The translations under genes were made by a program, and so were the position numbers. The notes under the pieces are model-generated. The model ran no database searches. It saw nothing but the letters and a program-made list of their open reading frames with translations, and was not told the origin of the DNA. Shown here one piece after another: positions 17,819 to 25,524 of a DNA stretch of 31,595 bases; the first letter of the stretch is position 1, and each line of letters opens with the position of its first letter. The DNA is from an uncultured Gemmatimonadota bacterium. GTDB taxonomy: Bacteria; GCA-2686955. The stretch covers positions 1-31,595 of the forward strand of contig CAZFNT010000001.1 in assembly GCA_964520315.1 (NCBI GenBank). Reading direction: 5' to 3'.

Positions 17819-19183
17819 ATGGACCGCCGCACCCCGAGCCTGCCCTTGCGCGACGAGATCATCGATCTCCTCAACCTCGGCGACAAGCCGGCGCTCAGAG
17901 AGGCGATTGCGGCACTGCACGCGGAAGACGTGGCCGAATTGGTGGAGTCGCTCGGGCCCGAGATCGGGTCGCGGCTCCTGGCGGCCATGGAAAGCGAGGG
18001 CGCCGGAGAAGCGCTGGCCGAGATGCCGGACCATGCGCGTGAGCATGTGCTCGAGGAGATGAGCTTCGAGGCGATCGCCGACGCGGTCGACACCCTTCCC
18101 GCCGACGACGCGGCCGATGTCATCGGGGACCTCCGCGGCGACCAACGCATGCAGGTTTTGGGCGATCTCGACGTCCAGGAGCCGAAGACCGTCGCCGAGC
18201 TCCTCTCCTACCCAGAGGATTCCGCCGGGGGAATCATGACTCCCGAAGTGTTGGCCGTGCCAGCGGACAGCTCCGCGGCGGACGTGATCGAGCACCTGAG
18301 GGGGGCTCCGACGGCCCACGACGATGTGTTTACGGTGTACGTCGTGGACGGGGGCGGGCGACTCGCCGGCAGGCTGCCGCTACAGAATCTCGTAACCGCC
18401 TCCCTGGTGACCCCCATCGAAGAGCTGATGGAGCAACCGGTCGTCTCTTGCCCCGTGAACGAAGACCAGGAGCAGGTCGCCCAGATCATGGCCAAGTACA
18501 ACCTGGTCACGGTTCCGATCGTCGACGACTCCGAACGGCTTGTGGGGCGTGTGACTTTCGACGATGTGATCGACGTCATCGCCGAAGAGGCGACCGAGGA
18601 CATCTTACGGATGGCCGGCTCGGATGAGCGTGAGGTCGCGGAACGTTCGGCGCTCCGGATCGCGCGCGTGCGTCTTCCCTGGGTCGTGGTCGGACTCTTC
18701 GGAGGGCTGCTCTCCGGAGTGCTGATGTCTCGCTTCGAGTCGGTTCTTCAGCAGGTGCTCGGTCTTGCCTTCTTCGTGCCCGCCGTGGCCGCGTTGGGCG
18801 GCAACGTTGGGATCCAGTCGTCTACGATCGTGATCCGAGGCATGACTGTGGGGGACTACACCTTCACCGGTGTGTGGACTCCGATTCTGCGCGAGATAAG
18901 AGTGGGCCTGGTCGTCGGTGCCGTATGCGGTGTCGTCGCGGCAGGCTTCGCCCACGCATGGCTCGGCGACCCCGGAATCGGGCTGATCGTGGGACTGGCG
19001 ATGTGGGGGACGGCGCTCTGCGCCGCGATCGTGGGGGCCGGGCTGCCCTTCCTTCTCGCGCGCTTCGACGTCGATCCAGCCGTGGCGACCGGTCCCTTCA
19101 TCACTACCACGAACGATGTGTTGGGCGTGCTGCTCTACTTCTTGCTGGCGGCCGCCCTTTTTGGGCTGATCGGCCGGCCATGA
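17819..19183 (+). CDS. mgtE: Magnesium transporter MgtE
   Basis: An MgtE N-domain, YPEDSAGGIMT, a CBS pair, RLPWVVVGL, ALGGNVGIQSS and DPAVATGPFITTTND. Confidence 0.95.
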   Translation: MDRRTPSLPLRDEIIDLLNLGDKPALREAIAALHAEDVAELVESLGPEIGSRLLAAMESEGAGEALAEMPDHAREHVLEEMSFEAIADAVDTLPADDAADVIGDLRGDQRMQVLGDLDVQEPKTVAELLSYPEDSAGGIMTPEVLAVPADSSAADVIEHLRGAPTAHDDVFTVYVVDGGGRLAGRLPLQNLVTASLVTPIEELMEQPVVSCPVNEDQEQVAQIMAKYNLVTVPIVDDSERLVGRVTFDDVIDVIAEEATEDILRMAGSDEREVAERSALRIARVRLPWVVVGLFGGLLSGVLMSRFESVLQQVLGLAFFVPAVAALGGNVGIQSSTIVIRGMTVGDYTFTGVWTPILREIRVGLVVGAVCGVVAAGFAHAWLGDPGIGLIVGLAMWGTALCAAIVGAGLPFLLARFDVDPAVATGPFITTTNDVLGVLLYFLLAAALFGLIGRP

Positions 19184-19950
19184 GCTCGCGTCTCCTCGAG
19201 CTGGAAGGGATCGTCTGCGGCCGTCGCCCCTCGGGAGAGACGAGTCTTCTAGTGACGATCCTGACCGAGAACCGGGGCAAGCTCACCGTCTATTCTCGCG
19301 GCGCCCTCCGCGACCACAGGCGAGTCGGCGGCGCCCTCGACACCTGCTCGCGCACCGCCTGGAGCTTGCGCCCGCGCGGCGGCGGCGATGGCGGCATTCC
19401 CCTCGTACACCAAGCCGACCTGATCGACGCTCACCGATCGCTTCGACTCGACCTGGGGCGCTTGCTCCGAGCCCTCTTCATGATCGAAGTGGTTAGGCTC
19501 CACTACGGCGAGGGCGGGGCGCTCTACGAGCATCTGGCGGCGGGATTGGCCGCCGTCGACAGGCGAGCGCGCACAGGCAGGGGTTTTCTGTGGTGGTTCG
19601 TCTCGAGACTTCTGGAGCTCTCCGGTCACGCGCCGGAGCTCGCGCGTTGCGTCATTTGTGAGAGAGGAGAGGAGATCGTGAGCCTCGATCCTGCCGCGGG
19701 GGGAGCGGTCTGCAGGGCGTGCGCTCCCGGCCGCGCCCGGACCTTTGCTCTCGGGCAACAGGGCCAGGCGGTTCTGCGGGGTCTGGCCTCCGCTGGCGGC
19801 GTCGATCCGAGCGTCACGCAGGGCATTTCCAAGAAAGCGTCTCGCGAGATCGCCTCGGTTCTGAGGGCGTGGATCGAATGGCCGGTGGGGGGCGACGTTC
19901 CTCTGCCCGCCCTCGATGCCTTGCAGCAATTGGGATCCGCCTCGAGATGA
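19180..19950 (+). CDS. recO: DNA repair protein RecO
   Basis: N-terminal GETSLLVTILTENRGKL..YSRGA and a C-terminal zinc finger CVIC...GGAVCRAC. ATGA overlap with mgtE. Confidence 0.85.
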   Translation: MSSRLLELEGIVCGRRPSGETSLLVTILTENRGKLTVYSRGALRDHRRVGGALDTCSRTAWSLRPRGGGDGGIPLVHQADLIDAHRSLRLDLGRLLRALFMIEVVRLHYGEGGALYEHLAAGLAAVDRRARTGRGFLWWFVSRLLELSGHAPELARCVICERGEEIVSLDPAAGGAVCRACAPGRARTFALGQQGQAVLRGLASAGGVDPSVTQGISKKASREIASVLRAWIEWPVGGDVPLPALDALQQLGSASR

Positions 19951-22013
19951 TGGCGACGCTCTTGCTCGCGTCAATCGTCGCCGTGCAGCCGATCGTCCGC
20001 CGCGGCGGCACGGTGCCCGCGACCGCGACCGAGTGCAACCCCTGCGAGGCGAGTTGGGATGTCGATCTTCTCGGCACCACCCTCTCGAACGGTCCCGACC
20101 CGGGCGGCAGCCCCGTCGACAGTGTCCAGTGGGCGCTCGATCCGCTGCACGATGACGCGGTGGTGAGGCGGCTCGCTCTGGGCTTCGAGATGCCCTTCTA
20201 CTACGATCGCTACGACAGCGTGGCCGTTGGCGTGAACGGCTTTCTGAGCTTTCTCGGCAACGATCTGCCCTCGATCGCGGGTGATCGGCCGGCTCCGTTG
20301 CCCTGCCCGGTGCAACCCCATGCCGGCATTGCGCCTCTTTGGGCCGATCTAGCTCTGGGGAGCAGCGGCGCTATCTACTTCCGCGCCACCCCCGATTCGG
20401 CGGTCGCCGAGTGGCGTGGGCTGGAAGACGAGGTTGGAGCCGGGCCGTACACCTTTCAGGTCCGCATCTTCCCGAGCGGAGAGATCCGGCTGATCTGGAT
20501 GGAGCTTCCAGCGCAGCTCGCCGAGCACGTGGTCGGAATTGCGGATGCCCGCGGCATCGACGGCCTGAGTGTCTCCACCCCGCCGGTCGCGGGCGACGCA
20601 CTCACCATGACGCGCCCCGGCGATCTGGATGGGCTCGCGGTGCTCGAGATCGTATCCCCCAAGCACTCCATGCCCATCGGCGCGTCGGATCGCCCGCTGA
20701 TCCTGGTCGCGAATCCAGGCGATGACGCAATCGAAGGCGATCTGCAAGTCACCGTGACGCGCGTCGAGGATTCCCAAGTCGTCGCCACCCTCGTTCCCGA
20801 TCCCGCGGTCGTTTCCTTCCCCGCCGGCTCGCAGACCGAGGTTCGCATGGAGTCGTGGACGCCGATCCGCGCGGCGCGTCATCGAATCGATGCGGTCGTG
20901 ACGCCTGGGCTCGCCCTGAGCGAGCTCGATGACGAGGTTCTGGCGGCAACCGAGCGCGACACGAATGCGGTTCTCGGGGGATTCAAGGCGAGTGAGCTCG
21001 CCGACGCGTACGCGCTCTACGATCCCGGCGAATGGGCGGTGCGTTTCCTCGCCGACACCCTGGCCGGGGCCGAGGCATCGCTCGTGCGAGTGTCGTTCTG
21101 GGAGGGGTGGCCCGACACCGAGGCGCAGGAGTTCGAGGTCGAGATCTTCGGCACCGGATCGGGTGGCGGACCGGCCGACGAGGGGGAGCACAAGGCCGTG
21201 AGCGCTTCGGGAGCAGCAGGTTTCGTCGACGTCCCCCTGCCTCTTGGCGTCGAGCTCAGCGATACGCTTTTCGTCATCATCCGCCAGCTTCTGCCCTTCC
21301 CCGATTGCGACGCCATCTCAGCCGATGCGAGCCAGGATGTCACGCTCTATCCGCGTCATTGGGTGCGCGACTGCGGCAGCGATCAGTGGGAGAAGCTCGA
21401 GGCGCCCGGTCTTGGCGGCGATCTCTTCGTGGAGCTCTATGTCAGCGGCCCGGTGGGGATCTTGGGAGGCGCGCCGCCCGCTCCGAGATGGAGAGTGATC
21501 GACGGAAGTCGAATACAGGTTTCTTGGGAATATACCGAGGGTGCTCGGGCGTACCGTCTCTTGCGTGCCCAACCGCCATCGGCGGCCTGGGCCGTCGTAG
21601 CGGAGCTGTCGGCTCGAGAGAGGTCGTTTTCCGATCTCCCACCGCGTCATGCCGGTTTGGTTCGATATGCTGTCGCGGCCCTGGACGAACACGGGCTCGC
21701 CCGAATCTCCCCTTCGATCGACGTCGTTCTCGGCCGCGGCCGGTTGCTCGATCCGACTCCCGTGCCGGCCAATCCGCGCGTCGAGATCGGGGTCGAGCTG
21801 CCCTTGGGGGCCGCCGCCGCGGCGATCCGTGTGTACGATGTCGCGGGCCGTCTCGTGCGAATGCTGCACGAGGGCGCGCTACGCCCCGGTGTGCATCGCT
21901 TCGTATGGCAAGGTGATAACGAGCGCGGCGGAAACGCTCCCTCGGGCGTCTACCTCGTGCGCCTCGATGCCGATGGAGGGGTCGATACGCGACGGGTCGT
22001 GCTGCTGCGCTGA
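19947..22013 (+). CDS. Secreted multidomain protein with a nidogen/NIDO-like N-terminal region and a C-terminal FlgD-Ig (sorting-domain-like) tail
   Basis: A signal-like start MMATLLLASIVAV, then GFEMPFYY..YDSVAVGVNGFLSF and IAPLWADL. The tail reads IRVYDVAGRLVR.L...VWQGDNERG...PSGVYLVRL...RRVVLLR. Confidence 0.75.
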   Translation: MMATLLLASIVAVQPIVRRGGTVPATATECNPCEASWDVDLLGTTLSNGPDPGGSPVDSVQWALDPLHDDAVVRRLALGFEMPFYYDRYDSVAVGVNGFLSFLGNDLPSIAGDRPAPLPCPVQPHAGIAPLWADLALGSSGAIYFRATPDSAVAEWRGLEDEVGAGPYTFQVRIFPSGEIRLIWMELPAQLAEHVVGIADARGIDGLSVSTPPVAGDALTMTRPGDLDGLAVLEIVSPKHSMPIGASDRPLILVANPGDDAIEGDLQVTVTRVEDSQVVATLVPDPAVVSFPAGSQTEVRMESWTPIRAARHRIDAVVTPGLALSELDDEVLAATERDTNAVLGGFKASELADAYALYDPGEWAVRFLADTLAGAEASLVRVSFWEGWPDTEAQEFEVEIFGTGSGGGPADEGEHKAVSASGAAGFVDVPLPLGVELSDTLFVIIRQLLPFPDCDAISADASQDVTLYPRHWVRDCGSDQWEKLEAPGLGGDLFVELYVSGPVGILGGAPPAPRWRVIDGSRIQVSWEYTEGARAYRLLRAQPPSAAWAVVAELSARERSFSDLPPRHAGLVRYAVAALDEHGLARISPSIDVVLGRGRLLDPTPVPANPRVEIGVELPLGAAAAAIRVYDVAGRLVRMLHEGALRPGVHRFVWQGDNERGGNAPSGVYLVRLDADGGVDTRRVVLLR

Positions 22014-22469
22014 CCGAGCAAGAGGGCGAATTCGGTCGTGAAGTAGATGCCAAAACGATCGTCGATGAACACGATCAACTTCTGTGCATTTTCCCGCGCA
22101 AGCTTGCGCAAGTAATCACCTTGGGTGATGGATCTCCCCGCGTCCTCTTCTCGCTGGTCGTGTTCGAGTCGGAAGTCCGAGCCGTGGCACATACGCCCAG
22201 GCGAGTTGGAATCCACTGAAGTACTCGGTGATCGTGCTCGGGCATTCTCTGGGCCGCACCTTCTTCTTCCGGCCCGTTCGACCCGCGCCCTTGGCGCTCT
22301 CTCCACACCCGACGAGTGTGCCGTCGATCAGAACACCGATCTCATCCGGGATCTGTGGGCCATGGCGTCGTCCGCACATGGCGAGGTGGGGGTTGGGGCG
22401 ACGGAGACGGCGGTCCGTGCGGCAGCGGTTGCAGCAATGACACTCCAGAGAGGCCGGCCCTATCGCGCG

Positions 22470-23243
22470 TCAATCATCGCTCAGCAAACCCTCGATCAGC
22501 TCGATAGCCTCCACGGCTTGCCCCTGGAAGTGGTTGTTGGCGTACACGAATACGTTCTCGGTCTCTTCGAGCATGCGGCGAATGCGCGGCACCCATTCCT
22601 TGAGCTCGTCGGCCTGGTATCGGTAGTCGTAGCGCTGCCAGGCATGGTCGTGCCGCCACCAACGCTCCGTGTTCCGCCCGTGCAGTCGCAGATAGCCCGG
22701 ATTCGCCGTCACGACCGCCTCGCGCGGCGGCAAGCCACGGAGTGCCGGCAGATCCACACTTGCCAGAGCTACGCCGCGCCGCCGCAGTCCTTCAGTCAGC
22801 GAAGGTCGCACCCACGAGTCATGACGCACTTCGACGACGGCCTCGCGTGCGTCAAAAGCCTCTAGCGAGCGAGAGAGATAGCGCCGGTTGGCCGGCGTAT
22901 AGTGAAACGAGAAGGGGAATTGAAGCAGCACCGGGCCGGGGCCGAGTGGAGAGATCGCGTCGAAAAAATCACGGAGAATCGGCAAGGGATCTTCGCGCCT
23001 GGCGTGCGTCACATCTCCAGGAGCCTTGACGCTGAAGACGAACTCGTCGCCGACTTTCGATCGCATCGCTGCATAAGACGATTTCGATCCCACGCGGTAG
23101 TAGGTGGAGTTGATCTCGACTGTGTCGAAGCGCCGAGCGTAGAAAGAGAGCCACTCCGCTTGTGGGATCTCACGCGGATAGACGGGCCCGACCCAGTCCT
23201 TGTAGGCGTAGCCGGACGTTCCGAGGTGTAGTCCGGTCCTCAT
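22470..23243 (-). CDS. DUF72 (YecE/YunF-like) protein
   Basis: Motifs GTSGYAYKDW.G..YP, FDTVEINSTYY, FVFSVKA, LLQFPFSF, VEVRH.SW, YLRLHGRN and YDYRY...EL.EW. ATG at 23243. Confidence 0.92.
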   Translation of the reverse strand: MRTGLHLGTSGYAYKDWVGPVYPREIPQAEWLSFYARRFDTVEINSTYYRVGSKSSYAAMRSKVGDEFVFSVKAPGDVTHARREDPLPILRDFFDAISPLGPGPVLLQFPFSFHYTPANRRYLSRSLEAFDAREAVVEVRHDSWVRPSLTEGLRRRGVALASVDLPALRGLPPREAVVTANPGYLRLHGRNTERWWRHDHAWQRYDYRYQADELKEWVPRIRRMLEETENVFVYANNHFQGQAVEAIELIEGLLSDD

Positions 23244-23271
23244 GTCTACTCTCGCGCTCGGGTCTGCTGCT

Positions 23272-23391
23272 TCAGTGCTCCCGTGGTGCGCCGATCGGCG
23301 CTTCCGAGCGGCGCGTGACGATGATCGGCGTGCGGTCTCGTTGGGCCGCGCGAATCTTGGCCTTGAATTCCGAGATTCCGATCGTCCTCGT
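23272..23391 (-). pseudogene. Phd/YefM (prevent-host-death) antitoxin remnant
   Basis: Reads (ACG)RTIGISEFKAKIRAAQRDRTPIIVTRR, which matches the Phd N-terminal pattern xxISEFKAK...PIIVTRRG. An in-frame TAG lies just upstream, ACG sits where the start codon is expected, and no toxin gene follows. Confidence 0.55.
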
Positions 23392-23512
23392 GGTCTCAGT
23401 CTAGCTGCTGAGGGTCCGCGCGAGAATAGTCTGCTCGTTTGGCATCCCGTCAGCACCACATCTCTGGCGGATCGCCGATTTCCGAAAATCTCGAAATGGC
23501 CAGCTACTCCTG

Positions 23513-23699
23513 TGGTTTCGAGGATTGTTGCGCTAGGTGGGGCGCGTTGGAACCCGGCTCTTCGCCGGCACGCAGGGCGGGAACTTCGAGGGTGCGGAGC
23601 CACTGGGCATGCCTGGCTGGGAAAGACGGTTGGCTGCAGTCAGTGCGCAGTCCTCCTATGTCGAGAAGTCAGGTCGGGTTCTGTATCTCGAATTGCCAT
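23513..23699 (-). ncRNA. Candidate structured RNA of about 187 nt (6S-like)
   Basis: Nested pairings seen by eye: TTCGAG/CTCGAA, GAACCCG/CGGGTTC, GAGG/CCTC, TGCG/CGCA and CACTG/CAGTG around an asymmetric central bubble. A promoter-like element lies just upstream. Not checked against covariance models. Confidence 0.35.
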
Positions 23700-23705
23700 G
23701 GCCCT

Positions 23706-23735
23706 ATGGTACCCTTGGCGATTCTCCTCCCACAA
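23706..23735 (-). promoter_or_regulatory. Possible sigma70-type promoter (minus strand)
   Basis: TTGTGG, an 18 bp spacer, then TACCAT. This would start transcription near 23699. Confidence 0.3.
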
Positions 23736-23749
23736 AGAGACCGAAAACG

Positions 23750-24805
23750 TTGAGCTCCAAAGAAAAAAAATGCCCTCCCAGAGCCGTCGCCCTGCTATCG
23801 GGCGGGCTCGACTCGACCTTGGCCCTTCGCATGATGAAGGACCAAGGGATCGAAGTGCATGCGGTGAACTTCTACACCGGCTTCTGCGTGGTCGAATCGA
23901 AGCGGGGCCAGGGGCGGAAGAACAGCAAGGGGGAGCCGTATCGAAACGAGGCTCTGCGCGCCGCGGCCGACGTGGGGGTCGAGGTCGAGCTCGTCGACAT
24001 ATCGAAAGAGTATATGGAGATGGTCGTAAACCCCCGCTTCGGCTACGGGGCCAACGCCAATCCGTGCATCGATTGTCGCATCTTCATGCTGAAGAAGGCG
24101 CGAGAGATCATGGAAGAGGTCGGGGCGGACTTCATCGTAACGGGCGAGGTGTTGGGACAGAGGCCGATGTCGCAACGGCGGCACCCTATGGAAGTGATCG
24201 AGACGGCAGCGGGGCTCCAAGGCAAGATCGTTCGCCCGCTCACGGCGCGCTCGTGCGCTCCATCCGATGCCGAAAAAGAGGCGCTGGTCGACCGAGAGAG
24301 GCTTGGTCGGATCACCGGCCGCTCGCGCAAGCCGCAGATGCAGCTCGCGCGTGAGCTTGGCATCGAGGATTACCCCTCGCCCGCGGGGGGGTGTTGCTAC
24401 CTCGCGGACGAGGCCTATGCGAGGAAGTTCTACGATTATCTCGACCATCTGGACGAGCGCCATTTGACGGCACGCGACGCGATCGTTTTGGCCACTGGGC
24501 GCCATTTTCGAATCGGGGAGCGGGCCAAGGTGATCGTCGGTCGCGACGAAGAGGAGAACCGGGTGCTCGAGACACATATCGAATCGGAGACCAAGCTCTT
24601 CGCGCGGGATTTCCGCGGACCCCTCACTTTGCTCCAAGGCGAGGCGACCGAGGGCAATTTGAGTGTCGCTGCCTCGCTCGCGGCGCGCTACGGCGACGGC
24701 AAGCGGAAGCCCGCGGTGTGTATCGGTGTCGAAATGCACGGCGCGGAGCGCACGCTGACCGCCGCACCGTGCTCCGATGAGGATCTGGATCGTTGGAGAA
24801 TCTGA
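23750..24805 (+). CDS. PP-loop tRNA sulfurtransferase-like protein (ThiI/MnmA-related, no THUMP domain, DUF814/NFACT-R-like C-terminus)
   Basis: Motifs LLSGGLDS (PP-loop), NPCIDCRIFML, TGEVLGQRPMSQ, PAGGCC and GRHFR...VIVGRDEEEN. The start is uncertain (TTG 23750). Confidence 0.8.
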   Translation: MSSKEKKCPPRAVALLSGGLDSTLALRMMKDQGIEVHAVNFYTGFCVVESKRGQGRKNSKGEPYRNEALRAAADVGVEVELVDISKEYMEMVVNPRFGYGANANPCIDCRIFMLKKAREIMEEVGADFIVTGEVLGQRPMSQRRHPMEVIETAAGLQGKIVRPLTARSCAPSDAEKEALVDRERLGRITGRSRKPQMQLARELGIEDYPSPAGGCCYLADEAYARKFYDYLDHLDERHLTARDAIVLATGRHFRIGERAKVIVGRDEEENRVLETHIESETKLFARDFRGPLTLLQGEATEGNLSVAASLAARYGDGKRKPAVCIGVEMHGAERTLTAAPCSDEDLDRWRI

Positions 24806-25041
24806 ATCTCGATGCCCCGACCGTCGACACTCTCGGCGAGCTCTGCCCGGTGCCGATCATCGAGATCGCCAAGGCGATCAAGGCGGCTGCGCCGGGTGAG
24901 CTGGTGCGGCTCTTGGCCGACGATCCCGGGGCCGAGAGAGATCTGATCGACTGGACGAAGGCCACGCGACACGAAATCGTCGAGCTGCGTCACGGTACAG
25001 GCGATCGGCTCGACGTGCTCGTGCGCCGCCGGCGCGATTAG
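24793..25041 (+). CDS. Sulfurtransferase TusA family sulfur carrier
   Basis: Motifs VDTLGELCPVPII (CPxP) and LADDPGA..D...W. The start is uncertain (TTG). Confidence 0.85.
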   Translation: MENLNLDAPTVDTLGELCPVPIIEIAKAIKAAAPGELVRLLADDPGAERDLIDWTKATRHEIVELRHGTGDRLDVLVRRRRD

Positions 25042-25044
25042 GAA

Positions 25045-25524
25045 GTGCAGACCTTGTCGGGACGAAGTTTCAAACTGATCGCCCGGAACCGAAAAGCCCG
25101 GCACGACTACGAGATACTGGAGACCTTCGAAGCCGGCATCGCACTGCTGGGCAGCGAGATCAAGTCGTTGCGCGCCGGAAAGGTCAGCCTTCGGGAAGGG
25201 TACGTGCGCGTCGATGAGAGCCAGGCGTGGTTGGTCGGAGTGCATGTCAGTCCCTATGAAGAGGCCTCTCGTTTCAACCACGACCCTTTGAGAGCTCGAA
25301 AACTGCTCCTTCACCGCCGGGAGATCGAGAATCTCCGTGCCAAGATCGAAGAAAAAGGGCTCACGGTCGTGCCGCTCGCCGTATACATCAAGGGCGGTTG
25401 GGCGAAGGTCGAGATCGGCTTGGCGCGCGGCAAGAAGCACCACGATCGACGGCATGAAGAGCGCCGACGGCAAGAGGAACGCGACGCGGCGAGCGAGGCG
25501 GCGAGGATGAAAGGACGGTCGTGA
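25045..25524 (+). CDS. smpB: SsrA-binding protein
   Basis: Motifs IARNRKARHDY, EAGIALLGSEIKSLRAG, RKLLLHRREI and VEIGLARGKK.HDRR. Confidence 0.97.
   Translation: MQTLSGRSFKLIARNRKARHDYEILETFEAGIALLGSEIKSLRAGKVSLREGYVRVDESQAWLVGVHVSPYEEASRFNHDPLRARKLLLHRREIENLRAKIEEKGLTVVPLAVYIKGGWAKVEIGLARGKKHHDRRHEERRRQEERDAASEAARMKGRS

Noticed and set aside
22125-22865. 246-aa plus-strand ORF
   Set aside because: It largely overlaps DUF72 antisense, has no recognisable motif and has no RBS.
23575-23640. Cobalamin riboswitch (GCCACTGGG...GGGAA)
   Set aside because: The conserved CCCGCAACTGT and AGxCAGGAGACC elements are missing, and the downstream gene is not B12-related.
23537-23749. N-terminal extension of the thiolase ORF in the ORF track
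   Set aside because: It has no similarity to the family before the PP-loop and overlaps the candidate structured RNA, so I treated it as non-coding.
23244-25045. tmRNA (ssrA) near smpB
   Set aside because: No tRNA-like GGGG...GAC / TTCGAxTCC...CCACCA ends and no tag-peptide ORF were found.
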